Assembly: GCF_009914755.1 (NCBI RefSeq)
Contig: NC_060943.1
Direction: 5' to 3' (one strand)
Source: the human T2T-CHM13v2.0 reference genome, Homo sapiens
DNA length: 64,000 bases
In this document: piece after piece, positions 12,401 to 26,200 of the stretch
How the letters are laid out: each line of letters starts with the position of its first letter
How positions within the stretch are numbered: the first letter of the stretch is position 1
Made by a program: the position numbers and the translations under genes
The notes under the pieces: generated by a model
Databases searched by the model: none
The model's input: only the letters and a program-made list of their open reading frames with translations
What the model was told of the DNA's origin: nothing

Positions 12401-15400
12401 GCTTTCGTTGGAAACGGGATTTCTTCATATTCTGCTAGAAAGAAGAATTCTCAGTAACTTCCTTGTGTTGTGTGTATTCAACTCACAGAGTTGAACGATC
12501 CTTTACACAGAGCAGACTTGAAACACTCTTTTTGTGGAATTTGCAAGTGGAGATTTCAGCCGCTTTGAGGTCAATGGTAGAATAGGAAATATCTTCCTAT
12601 AGAAACTAGACAGAATGATTCTCAGAAACTCCTTTGTGATGTGTGCGTTCAACTCACAGAGTTCAACCTTTCTTTTCATAGAGCAGTTGGGAAACACTCT
12701 GTTTGTAAAGTCTGCAAGTGGATATTCAGACTTCTTTGAGGCCTTCGTTGGAAGCGGGATTTCTTCATGTTCTGCTAGACAGAAGAATTCTCAGAAACTT
12801 CCTTGTGTTGTGTGTTTTCAACTCACAGAGTTGAACGATCCTTTACACAGAGCAGACTTGAAACACTCCTTTTGTGGAATTTGCAAGTGGAGATTTCAGC
12901 CGCTTTGAGGTCAATGGTAGAATAGGAAATATCTTCCTATAGAAAGTAGACAGAATGATTCTCAGAAACTCCTTTGTGATGTGTGCGTTCAACTCACAGA
13001 GTTTAACCTTTCTTTTCATAGAGCAGTTAGGAAACACTCTGTTTGTAAAGTCTGCAAGTGGATATTCAGACCTCCTTGAGGCCTTCGTTGGAAACGGTAT
13101 TTCTTCATATTCTGCTAGACAGAAGAATTCTCAGTAACTTCCTTGTGTTGTGTGTATTCAACTCACAGAGTTGAACGATCCTTTACACAGAGCAGACTTG
13201 AAACACTCTTTTTGTGGAATTTGCAAGTGGAGATTTCAGCCGCTTTGAGTTCAATGGTAGAATAGGAAATATCTTCCTATAGAAACTAGACAGAATGATT
13301 GTCAGAAACTCCTTTGTGATGTGTGCGTTCAACTCACAGAGTTCAACCTTTCTTTTCATAGAGCAGTTGGGAAACACTCTGTTTGTAAAGTCTGTTAGGG
13401 GATATTCAGACTTCTTTGAGGCCTTCGTTGGAAGCGGGATTTCTTCATATTCTGCTAGACAGAAGAATTCTCAGTAACTGCCTTGTGTTGTGTGTATTCA
13501 ACTCACAGAGTTGAACGATCCTTTACACAGAGCAGACTTGAAACACTCTTTTTGTGGAACTTGCAAGTGGAGATTTCAGCCGCTTTGAGGTCAATGGTAG
13601 AATAGGAAATATCTTCCTATAGAAACTAGACAGAATGATTCTCAGAAACTCCTTTGTGATGTGTGCGTTCAACTCACAGAGTTTAACCTTTCTTTTCATA
13701 GAGCAGTTAGGAAACACTCTGTTTGTAAAGTCTGCAAGTGGATATTCAGACATCCTTGAGGCTTTCGTTGGAAACGGGATTTCTTCATATTCTGCTAGAA
13801 AGAAGAATTCTCAGTAACTTCCTTGTGTTGTGTGTATTCAACTCACAGAGTTGAACGATCCTTTACACAGAGCAGACTTGAAACACTCTTTTTGTGGAAT
13901 TTGCAAGTGGAGATTTCAGCCGCTTTGAGGTCAATGGTAGAATAGGAAATATCTTCCTATAGAAACTAGACAGAATGATTCTCAGAAACTCCTTTGTGAT
14001 GTGTGCGTTCAACTCACAGAGTTTAACCTTTCTTTTCATAGAGCAGTTAGGAAACACTCTGTTTGTAAAGTCTGCAAGTGGATATTCAGACATCTTTGAG
14101 GCCTTCGTTGGAAACGTTATTTCTTCATGTTCTGCTAGACAGAAGAATTCTCAGAAACTTCCTTGTGTTGTGTGTTTTCAACTCACAGAGTTGAACGATG
14201 CTTTACACAGAGTAGACTTGAAACACTCTTTTTGTGTAATTTGCAAGTGGAGATTTCAGCCGCTTTGAGGTCAATGGTAGAAAAGGAAATATCTTCGTAT
14301 AAAAACTAGACAGAATGATTCTCAGAAACTCCTTTGTGATGTGTGCGTTCAACTCACAGAGTTTAACCTTTCTTTTCATAGAGCAGTTAGGAAACACTCT
14401 GTTTGTAAAGTCTGCAAGTGGATATTCAGACCTCCTTAAGGCCTTCGTTGGAAACGGGATTTCTTCATATTATGCTAGACAGAAGAATTCTCAGTAACTT
14501 CCTTGTGTTGTGTGTATTCAACTCACAGAGTTGAACGATCCTTTACACAGAGCAGACTTGAAACACTCTTTTTGTGGAATTTGCAAGTGGAGATTTCAGC
14601 CGCTTTGAGGTCAATGGTAGAATAGGAAATATCTTCCTATAGAAACTAGACAGAATGATTCTGAGAAACTCCTTTGTGATGTGTGCGTTCAACTCACACA
14701 GTTTAACCTTTCTTTTCATAGAGCAGTTAGGAAACACTCTGTTTGTAAAGTCTGCAAGTGGATATTCAGACCTCCTTGAGGCCTTCGTTGGAAACGGGAT
14801 TTCTTCATATTATGCTAGACAGAAGAATTCTCAGTAACTTCCTTGTGTTGTGTGTATTCAACTCACAGAGTTGAAGGATCCTTTACACAGAGCAGACTTG
14901 AAACACTCTTTTTGTGGAATTTGCAAGTGGAGATTTCAGCCGCTTTGAGTTCAATGGTAGAATAGGAAATATCTTCCTATAGAAACTAGACAGAATGATT
15001 CTCAGAAACTCCTTTGTGATGTGTGCGTTCAACTCACAGAGTTCAACCTTTCTTTTCATAGAGCAGTTGGGAAACACTCTGTTTGTAAAGTCTGCAAGTG
15101 GATATTCAGACTTCTTTGAGGCCTTCGTTGGAAGCGGGATTTCTTCATGTTCTGCTAGACAGAAGAATTCTCAGAAACTTCCTTGTGTTGTGTGTTTTCA
15201 ACTCACAGAGTTGAACGATCCTTTACACAGAGCAGACTTGAAACACTCCTTTTGTGGAATTTGCAAGTGGAGATTTCAGCCGCTTTGAGGTCAATGGTAG
15301 AATAGGAAATATCTTCCTATAGAAAGTAGACAGAATGATTCTCAGAAACTCCTTTGTGATGTGTGCGTTCAACTCACAGAGTTTAACCTTTCATTTCATA

Positions 15401-16310
15401 GAGCAGTTAGGAAACACTCTGTTTGTAAAGTCTGCAAGTGGATATTCAGACCTCCTTGAGGCCTTCGTTGGAAACGGTATTTCTTCATATTCTGCTAGAC
15501 AGAAGAATTCTCAGTAACTTCCTTGTGTTGTGTGTATTCAACTCACAGAGTTGAACGATCCTTTACACAGAGCAGACTTGAAACACTCTTTTTGTGGAAT
15601 TTGCAAGTGGAGATTTCAGCCGCTTTGAGTTCAATGGTAGAATAGGAAATATCTTCCTATAGAAACTAGACAGAATGATTCTCAGAAACTCCTTTGTGAT
15701 GTGTGCGTTCAACTCACAGAGTTCAACCTTTCTTTTCATAGAGCAGTTGGGAAACACTCTGTTTGTAAAGTCTGCAAGTGGATATTCAGACTTCTTTGAG
15801 GCCTTCGTTGGAAGCGGGATTTCTTCATATTCTGCTAGACAGAAGAATTCTCAGTAACTGCCTTGTGTTGTGTGTATTCAACTCACAGAGTTGAACGATC
15901 CTTTACACAGAGCAGACTTGAAACACTCTTTTTGTGGAACTTGCAAGTGGAGATTTCAGCCGCTTTGAGGTCAATGGTAGAATAGGAAATATCTTCCTAT
16001 AGAAACTAGACAGAATGATTCTCAGAAACTCCTTTGTGATGTGTGCGTTCAACTCACAGAGTTTAACCTTTCTTTTCATAGAGCAGGTAGGAAACACTCT
16101 GTTTGTAAAGTCTGCAAGTGGATATTCAGACATCCTTGAGGCTTTCGTTGGAAACGGGATTTCTTCATATTCTGCTAGAAAGAAGAATTCTCAGTAACTT
16201 CCTTGTGTTGTGTGTATTCAACTCACAGAGTTGAACGATCCTTTACACAGAGCAGACTTGAAACACTCTTTTTGTGGAATTTGCAAGTGGAGATTTCAGC
16301 CGCTTTGAGG
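6451..16310 (+). repeat. Recent 11-dimer (3740-bp) tandem duplication whose junction was later re-duplicated
   Basis: Private markers GATTGTCAG/TCTGTTAGGG (7181/7271, 10921/11011, 13301/13391), GAAACGTTAT (7991, 11731, 14111), CCTCCTTAAG (8311, 14431), TTGAAGGATC (8751, 14871) and GAGCAGGTAG (9961, 12341, 16081) recur in the same order. Confidence 0.85.
9605..14388 (+). repeat. 7-dimer (2380-bp) tandem duplication, breakpoint within 11985-12008
   Basis: Markers at 9961/12341, 11011/13391 and 11731/14111 are each 2380 bp apart. The dimer at 11935 is a chimera: GTTTAACC left part, GTTGGG/CTTCTTT/GAAGCGG right part. Confidence 0.85.
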
Positions 16311-19300
16311 TCAATGGTAGAATAGGAAATATCTTCCTATAGAAATTAGACAGAATGATTCTCAGAAACTCCTTTGTGATGTGTGCGTTCAACTCACAGA
16401 GTTTAACCTTTCTTTTCATAGAGCAGTTAGGAAACACTCTGTTTGTAAAGTCTGCAAGTGGATATTCAGACATCTTTGAGGCCTTCGTTGGAAACGGGAT
16501 TTCTTCATGTTCTGCTAGACGGAAGAATTCTCAGAAACTTCCTTGTGTTGTGTGTTTTCAACTCACAGAGTTGAACGATGCTTTACACAGAGTAGACTTG
16601 AAACACTCTTTTTGTGTAATTTGCAAGTGGAGATTTCAGCCGCTTTGAGGTCAATGGTAGAAAAGGAAATATCTTCGTATAAAAACTAGACAGAATGATT
16701 CTCAGAAACTCCTTTGTGATGTGTGCGTTCAACTCACAGAGTTTAACCTTTCTTTTCATAGAGCAGTTAGGAAACACTCTGTTTGTAAAGTCTGCAAGTG
16801 GATATTCAGACCTCCTTGAGGCCTTCGTTGGAAACGGGATTTCTTCATATTATGCTAGACAGAAGAATTCTCAGTAACTTCCTTGTGTTGTGTGTATTCA
16901 ACTCACAGAGTTGAACGATCCTTTACACAGAGCAGACTTGAAACACTCTTTTTGTGGAATTTGCAAGTGGAGATTTCAGCCGCTTTCAGGTCAATGGTAG
17001 AATAGGAAATATCTTCATATAGAAACTAGACAGAATGATTCTCAGAAACTCCTTTGTGATGTGTGCGTTCCACTCACACAGTTTAACCTTTCTTTTCATA
17101 GAGCAGTTAGGAAACACTCTGTTTGTAAAGTCTGCAAGTGGATATTCAGACCTCCTTGAGGCATTCGTTGGAAACGGGATTTCTTCATATTATGCTAGAC
17201 AGAAGAATTCTCAGTAACTTCCTTGTGTTGTGTGTATTCAACTCACAGAGTTGAACGATCCTTTACACAGAGCAGACTTGAAACACTCTTTTTGTGGAAT
17301 TTGCAAGTGGAGATTTCAGCCGCTTTGAGTTCAATGGTAGAATAGGAAATATCTTCTTATAGAAACTAGACAGAATGATTCTCAGAAACTCCTTTGTGAT
17401 GTGTGTGTTCAACTCACAGAGTTCAACCTTTCTTTTCATAGAGCAGTTGGGAAACACTCTGTTTGTAAAGTCTGCAAGTGGATATTCAGACTTCTTTGAG
17501 GCCTTCGTTGGAAGCGGGATTTCTTCATATTCTGCTAGACAGAAGAATTCTCAGTAACTTCCTTGTGTTGTGTGTATTCAACTCACAGAGTTGAAGGATC
17601 CTTTACACAGAGCAGACTTGAAACACTCTTTTTGTGGAATTTGCAAGTGGAGATTTCAGCCGCTTTGAGTTCAATGGTAGAATAGGAAATATCTTCCTAT
17701 AGAAACTAGACAGAATGATTCTCAGAAACTCCTTTGTGATGTGTGCGTTCAACTCACAGAGTTCAACCTTTCTTTTCATAGAGCAGTTGGGAAACACTCT
17801 GTTTGTAAAGTCTGCAAGTGGATATTCAGACTTCTTTGAGGCCTTCGTTGGAAGCGGGATTTCTTCATGTTCTGCTAGACAGAAGAATTCTCAGAAACTT
17901 CCTTGTGTTGTGTGTTTTCAACTCACAGAGTTGAACGATCCTTTACACAGAGCAGACTTGAAACACTCCTTTTGTGGAATTTGCAAGTGGAGATTTCAGC
18001 CGCTTTGAGGTCAATGGTAGAATAGGAAATATCTTCCTATAGAAAGTAGACAGAATGATTCTCAGAAACTCCTTTGTGATGTGTGCGTTCAACTCACAGA
18101 GTTTAACCTTTCATTTCATAGAGCAGTTAGGAAACACTCTGTTTGTAAAGTCTGCAAGTGGATATTCAGACCTCCTTGAGGCCTTCGTTGGAAACGGTAT
18201 TTCTTCATATTCTGCTAGACAGAAGAATTCTCAGTAACTTCCTTGTGTTGTGTGTATTCAACTCACAGAGTTGAACGATCCTTTACACAGAGCAGACTTG
18301 AAACACTCTTTTTGTGGAATTTGCAAGTGGAGATTTCAGCCGCTTTGAGTTCAATGGTAGAATAGGAAATATCTTCCTATAGAAACTAGACAGAATGATT
18401 CTCAGAAACTCCTTTGTGATGTGTGCGTTCAACTCACAGAGTTCAACCTTTCTTTTCATAGAGCAGTTGGGAAACACTCTGTTTGTAAAGTCTGCAAGTG
18501 GATATTCAGACTTCTTTGAGGCCTTCGTTGGAAGCGGGATTTCTTCATATTCTGCTAGACAGAAGAATTCTCAGTAACTGCCTTGTGTTGTGTGTATTCA
18601 ACTCACAGAGTTGAACGATCCTTTACACAGAGCAGACTTGAAACACTCTTTTTGTGGAACTTGCAAGTGGAGATTTCAGCCGCTTTGAGGTCAATGGTAG
18701 AATAGGAAATATCTTCCTATAGAAACTAGACAGAATGATTCTCAGAAACTCCTTTGTGATGTGTGCGTTCAACTCACAGAGTTTAACCTTTCTTTTCATA
18801 GAGCAGGTAGGAAACACTCTGTTTGTAAAGTCTGCAAGTGGATATTCAGACATCCTTGAGGCTTTCGTTGGAAACGGGATTTCTTCATATTCTGCTAGAA
18901 AGAAGAATTCTCAGTAACTTCCTTGTGTTGTGTGTATTCAACTCACAGAGTTGAACGATCCTTTACACAGAGCAGACTTGAAACACTCTTTTTGTGGAAT
19001 TTGCAAGTGGAGATTTCAGCCGCTTTGAGGTCAATGGTAGAATAGGAAATATCTTCCTATAGAAATTAGACAGAATGATTCTCAGAAACTCCTTTGTGAT
19101 GTGTGCGTTCAACTCACAGAGTTTAACCTTTCTTTTCATAGAGCAGTTAGGAAACACTCTGTTTGTAAAGTCTGCAAGTGGATATTCAGACATCTTTGAG
19201 GCCTTCGTTGGAAACGGGATTTCTTCATGTTCTGCTAGACGGAAGAATTCTCAGAAACTTCCTTGTGTTGTGTGTTTTCAACTCACAGAGTTGAACGATG

Positions 19301-20279
19301 CTTTACACAGAGTAGACTTGAAACACTCTTTTTGTGTAATTTGCAAGTGGAGATTTCAGCCGCTTTGAGGTCAATGGTAGAAAAGGAAATATCTTCGTAT
19401 AAAAACTAGACAGAATGATTCTCAGAAACTCCTTTGTGATGTGTGCGTTCAACTCACAGAGTTTAACCTTTCTTTTCATAGAGCAGTTAGGAAACACTCT
19501 GTTTGTAAAGTCTGCAAGTGGATATTCAGACCTCCTTGAGGCCTTCGTTGGAAACGGGATTTCTTCATATTATGCTAGACAGAAGAATTCTCAGTAACTT
19601 CCTTGTGTTGTGTGTATTCAACTCACAGAGTTGAACGATCCTTTACACAGAGCAGACTTGAAACACTCTTTTTGTGGAATTTGCAAGTGGAGATTTCAGC
19701 CGCTTTCAGGTCAATGGTAGAATAGGAAATATCTTCATATAGAAACTAGACAGAATGATTCTCAGAAACTCCTTTGTGATGTGTGCGTTCCACTCACACA
19801 GTTTAACCTTTCTTTTCATAGAGCAGTTAGGAAACACTCTGTTTGTAAAGTCTGCAAGTGGATATTCAGACCTCCTTGAGGCATTCGTTGGAAACGGGAT
19901 TTCTTCATATTATGCTAGACAGAAGAATTCTCAGTAACTTCCTTGTGTTGTGTGTATTCAACTCACAGAGTTGAACGATCCTTTACACAGAGCAGACTTG
20001 AAACACTCTTTTTGTGGAATTTGCAAGTGGAGATTTCAGCCGCTTTGAGTTCAATGGTAGAATAGGAAATATCTTCTTATAGAAACTAGACAGAATGATT
20101 CTCAGAAACTCCTTTGTGATGTGTGTGTTCAACTCACAGAGTTCAACCTTTCTTTTCATAGAGCAGTTGGGAAACACTCTGTTTGTAAAGTCTGCAAGTG
20201 GATATTCAGACTTCTTTGAGGCCTTCGTTGGAAGCGGGATTTCTTCATATTCTGCTAGACAGAAGAATTCTCAGTAACT
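14813..20279 (+). repeat. 8-dimer (2720-bp) tandem duplication, breakpoint within 17533-17559
   Basis: TTGAAGGATC 14871/17591, TCATTTCATA 15391/18111, AGAAATTAGA 16341/19061, GGAAGAATTC 16521/19241, CACTCACACA 17071/19791, GCATTCG 17161/19881 and GTGTGTGTTC 17401/20121 are all offset by 2720. Confidence 0.88.
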
Positions 20280-23200
20280 GCCTTGTGTTGTGTGTATTCA
20301 ACTCACAGAGTTGAACGATCCTTTACACAGAGCAGACTTGAAACACTCTTTTTGTGGAACTTGCAAGTGGAGATTTCAGCCGCTTTGAGGTCAATGGTAG
20401 AATAGGAAATATCTTCCTATAGAAACTAGACAGAATGATTCTCAGAAACTCCTTTGTGATGTGTGCGTTCAACTCACAGAGTTTAACCTTTCTTTTCATA
20501 GAGCAGTTAGGAAACACTCTGTTTGTAAAGTCTGCAAGTGGATATTCAGACATCCTTGAGGCTTTCGTTGGAAACGGGATTTCTTCATATTCTGCTAGAA
20601 AGAAGAATTCTCAGTAACTTCCTTGTGTTGTGTGTATTCAACTCACAGAGTTGAACGATCCTTTATACAGAGCAGACTTGAAACACTCTTTTTGTGGAAT
20701 TTGCAAGTGGAGATTTCAGCCGCTTTGAGGTCAATGGTAGAATAGGAAATATCTTCCTATAGAAACTAGACAGAATGATTCTCAGAAACTCCTTTGTGAT
20801 GTGTGCGTTCAACTCACAGAGTTTAACCTTTCTTTTCATAGAGCAGTTAGGAAACACTTTGTTTGTAAAGTCTGCAAGTGGATATTCAGACAACTTTGAG
20901 GCCTTCGTTGGAAACGGGATTTCTTCATGTTCTGCTAGACAGAAGAATTCTCAGAAACTTCCTTGTGTTGTGTGTTTTCAACTCACAGAGTTGAACGATG
21001 CTTTACACAGAGTAGACTTGAAACACTCTTTTTGTGTAATTTACAAGTGGAGATTTCAGCCGCTTTGAGGTCAATGGTAGAAAAGGAAATATCTTCGTAT
21101 AAAAACTAGACAGAATGATTCTCAGAAACTCCTTTGTGATGTGTGCGTTCAACTCACAGAGTTTAACCTTTCTTTTCATAGAGCAGTTAGGAAACACTCT
21201 GTTTGTAAAGTCTGCAAGTGGATATTCAGACCTCCTTGAGGCCTTCGTTGGAAACGGGATTTCTTCATATTATGCTAGACAGAAGAATTCTCAGTAACTT
21301 CCTTGTGTTGTGTGTATTCAACTCACAGAGTTGAACGATCCTTTACACAGAGCAGACTTGAAACACTCTTTTTGTGGAATTTGCAAGTGGAGATTTCAGC
21401 CGCTTTGAGTTCAATGGTAGAATAGGAAATATCTTCCTATAGAAACTAGACAGAATGATTCTCAGAAACTCCTTTGTGATGTGTGCGTTCAACTCACAGA
21501 GTTCAACCTTTCTTTTCATAGAGCAGTTGGGAAACACTCTGTTTGTAAAGTCTGCAAGTGGATATTCAGACTTCTTTGAGGCCTTCGTTGGAAGCGGGAT
21601 TTCTTCATGTTCTGCTAGACAGAAGAATTCTCAGTAACTGCCTTGTGTTGTGTGTATTCAACACACAGAGTTGAACGATCCTTTACACAGAGCAGACTTG
21701 AAACACTCCTTTTGTGGAATTTGCAAGCGGAGATTTCAGCCACTTTGAGGTCAATGGTAGAATAGGAAATATCTTCCTATAGAAACTAGACAGAATGATT
21801 CTCAGAAACTCCTTTGTGATGTGTGCGTTCAACTCACAGAGTTTAACCTTTCTTTTCATAGAGCAGTTAGGAAACACTCTGTTTGTAAAGTCTGCAAGTG
21901 GATATTCAGACATCCTTGAGGCTTTCGTTGGAAACGGGATTTCTTCATATTCTGCTAGAAAGAAGAATTCTCAGTAACTTCCTTGTGTTGTGTGTATTCA
22001 ACTCACAGAGTTGAACGATCCTTTACACAGAGCAGACTTGAAACACTCTTTTTGTGGAATTTGCAAGTGGAGATTTCAGCCGCTTTGAGTTCAATGGTAG
22101 AATAGGAAATATCTTCCTATAGAAACTAGACAGAATGATTCTCAGAAACTCCTTTGTGATGTGTGCGTTCAACTCACAGAGTTCAACCTTTCTTTTAATA
22201 GAGCAGTTGGGAAACATTCTGTTTGTAAAGTCTGCAAGTGGATATTCAGACTTCTTTGAGGCCTTCGTTGGAAGCGGGATTTCTTCATATTCTGCTAGAC
22301 AGAAGAATTCTCAGTAACTTCCTTGTGTTGTGTGTATTCAACTCACAGAGTTGAACGATCCTTTACACAGAGCAGACTTGAAACACTCTTTTTGTGGAAT
22401 TTGCAAGTGGAGATTTCAGCCGCTTTGAGGTCAATGGTAGAATAGGAAATATCTTCCTATAGAAACTAGACAGAATGATTCTCAGAAACTCCTTTGTGAT
22501 GTGTGCGTTCAACTCACAGAGTTTAACCTTTCTTTTCATAGCGCAGTTGGGAAACACTCTGTTTGTAAAGTCTGCAAGTGGATATTCAGACATCCTTGAG
22601 GCTTTCGTTGGAAACGGGATTTCTTCATATTCTGCTAGAAAGAAGAATTCTCAGTAACTTCCTTGTGTTGTGTGTATTCAACTCACAGAGTTGAACGATC
22701 CTTTACACAGAGCAGACTTGAAACACTCTTTTTGTGGAATTTGCAAGTGGAGATTTCAGCCGCTTTGAGGTCAATGGTAGAATAGGAAATATCTTCCTAT
22801 AGAAACTAGACAGAATGATTCTCAGAAACTCCTTTGTGATGTGTGCGTTCAACTCACACAGTTTAACCTTTCTTTTCATAGAGCAGTTAGGAAACACTCT
22901 GTTTGTAAAGTCGGCAAGTGGATATTCAGACCTCCTTGAGGCCTTCGTTGGAAACGGGATTTCTTCATATTATGCTAGACAGAAGAATTCTCAGTAACTT
23001 CCTTGTGTTGTGTGTATTCAACTCACAGAGTTGAACGATCCTTTACACAGAGCAGACTTGAAACACTCTTTTTGTGGAATTTGCAAGTGGAGATTTCAGC
23101 CGCTTTGAGGTCAATGGTAGAATAGGAAATATCTTCCTATAGAAACTAGACAGAATGATTCTCAGAAACTCCTTTGTGATGTGTGCGTTCAACTCACAGA

Positions 23201-26200
23201 GTTCAACCTTTCTTTTCATAGAGCAGTTGGGAAACACTCTGTTTGTAAAGTCTGCAAGTGGATATTCAGACTTCTTTGAGGCCTTCGTTGGAAGCGGGAT
23301 TTCTTCATGTTCTGCTAGACAGAAGAATTCTCAGAAACTTCCTTGTGTTGTGTGTTTTCAACTCACTGAGTTGAACGATCCTTTACACAGAGCAGACTTG
23401 AAACACTCTTTTTGTGGAATTTGCAAGTGGAGATTTCAGCCGCTTTGAGTTCAATGGTAGAATAGGAAATATCTTCCTATAGAAACTAGACAGAATGATT
23501 CTCAGAAACTCCTTTGTGATGTGTGCGTTCAACTCACAGAGTTCAACGTTTCTTTTAATAGAGCAGTTGGGAAACACTCTGTTTGTAAAGTCTGCAAGTG
23601 GATATTCAGACTTCTTTGAGGCCTTCGTTGGAAGCGGGATTTCTTCATATTCTGCTAGACAGAAGAATTCTCAGTAACTGCCTTGTGTTGTGTGTATTCA
23701 ACTCACAGAGTTGAACGATCCTTTACACAGAGCAGACTTGAAACACTCCTTTTGTGGAATTTGCAAGTGGAGATTTCAGCCGCTTTGAGGTCAATGGTAG
23801 AATAGGAAATATCTTCCTATAGAAACTAGACAGAATGATTCTCAGAAACTCCTTTGTGATGTGTGCGTTCAACTCACAGAGTTTAACCTTTCTTTTCATA
23901 GAGCAGTTAGGAAACACTCTGTTTGTAAAGTCTGCAAGTGGATATTCAGACATCCTTGAGGCTTTCGTTGGAAACGGGATTTCTTCATATTCTGCTACAA
24001 AGAAGAATTCTCAGTAACTTCCTTGTGTTGTGTGTATTCAACTCACAGAGTTGAACGATCCTTTACACAGAGCAGACTTGAAACACTCTTTTTGTGGAAT
24101 TTGCAAGTGGAGATTTCAGCCGCTTTGAGTTCAATGGTAGAATAGGAAATATCTTCCTATAGAAACTAGACAGAATGATTCTCAGAAACTCCTTTGTGAT
24201 GTGTGCGTTCAACTCACAGAGTTCAACCTTTCTTTTAATAGAGCAGTTGGGAAACACTCTGTATGTAAAGTCTGCAAGTGGATATTCAGACTTCTTTGAG
24301 GCCTTCGTTGGAAGCGGGATTTCTTCATATTCTGCTAGACAGAAGAATTCTCAGTAACTGCCTTGTGTTGTGTGTATTCAACTCACAGAGTTGAACGATC
24401 CTTTACACAGAGCAGACTTGAAACACTCTTTTTGTGGAATTTGCAAGTGGAGATTTCAGCCGCTTTGAGGTCAATGGTAGAATAGGAAATATCTTCCTAT
24501 AGAAACTAGACAGAATGATTCTCAGAAACTCCTTTGTGATGTGTGCGTTCAACTCACAGAGTTCAACCTTTCTTTTCATAGAGCAGTTGGGAAACACTCT
24601 GTGTGTAAAGTCTGCAAGTGGATATTCAGACTTCTTTGAGGCCTTCGTTGGAAGCGGGATTTCTTCATGTTCTGCTAGACAGAAGAATTCTCAGTAACTG
24701 CCTTGTGTTGTGTGTATTCAACTCACAGAGTTGAACGATCCTTTACACAGAGCAGACTTGAAACACTCCTTTTGTGGAATTTGCAAGTGGAGATTTCAGC
24801 CGCTTTGAGGTCAATGGTAGAATAGGAAATATCTTCCTATAGAAACTAGACAGAATGATTCTCAGAAACTCCTTTGTGATGTGTGCGTTCAACTCACAGA
24901 GTTTAACCTTTCTTTTCATAGAGCAGTTAGGAAACACTCTGTTTGTAAAGTCTGCAAGTGGATATTCAGACATCCTTGAGGCTTTCGTTGGAAACGGGAT
25001 TTCTTCATATTCTGCTAGAAAGAAGAATTCTCAGTAACTTCCTTGTGTTGTGTGTATTCAACTCACAGAGTTGAACGATCCTTTACACAGAGCAGACTTG
25101 AAACACTCTTTTTGTGGAATTTGCAAGTGGATATTTCAGCCGTTTTGAGTTCAATGGTAGAATAGGAAATATCTTTCTATAGAAAATAGACAGAATGATT
25201 CTCAGAAACTCCTTTGTGATGTGTGCGTTCAACTCACAGAGTTCAACCTTTCTTTTAATAGAGCAGTTGGGAAACACTCTGTTTGTAAAGTCTGCAAGTG
25301 GATATTCAGACTTCTTTGAGGCCTTCGTTGGAAGCGGGATTTCTTCATATTCTGCTAGACAGAAGAATTCTCAGTAACTTCCTTGTGTTGTGTGTATTCA
25401 ACTCACAGAGTTGAACGATCCTTTACACAGAGCAGACTTGAAACACTCTTTTTGTGGAATTTGCAAGTGGAGATTTCAGCCGCTTTGAGGTCAATGGTAG
25501 AATAGGAAATATCTTCCTATAGAAACTAGACAGAATGATTCTCAGAAACTCCTTTGTGATGTGTGCGTTCAACTCACAGAGTTTAACCTTTCTTTTCATA
25601 GAGCAGTTAGGAAACACTCTGTTTGTAAAGTCTGCAAGTGGATATTCAGACATCCTTGAGGCTTTCGTTGGAAACGGGATTTCTTCATATTCTGCTAGAA
25701 AGAAGAATTCTCAGTAACTTCCTTGTGTTGTGTGTATTCAACTCACAGAGTTGAACGATCCTTTACACAGAGCAGACTTGAAACACTCTTTTTGTGGAAT
25801 TTGCAAGTGGAGATTTCAGCCGCTTTGAGGTCAATGGTAGAATAGGAAATATCTTCCTATAGAAAGTAGACAGAATGATTCTCAGAAACTCCTTTGTGAT
25901 GTGTGCGTTCAACTCACAGAGTTTAACCTTTCTTTTCATAGCGCAGTTGGGAAACACACTGTTTGTAAAGTCTGCAAGTGGATATTCAGACATCCTTGAG
26001 GCTTTCGTTGGAAACGGGATTTCTTCATATTCTGCTAGAAAGAAGAATTCTCAGTAACTTCCTTGTGTTGTGTGTATTCAACTCACAGAGTTGAACGATC
26101 CTTTACACAGAGCAGACTTGAAACACTCTTTTTGTGGAATTTGCAAGTGGAGATTTCAGCCGCTTTGAGGTCAATGGTAGAATAGGAAATATCTTCCTAT

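Noticed and set aside
7275-13400. Interstitial telomeric repeat array
   Set aside because: Only single TTAGGG hexamers in three duplicated dimers; kept as a mutation-signature finding, not as a telomeric feature.
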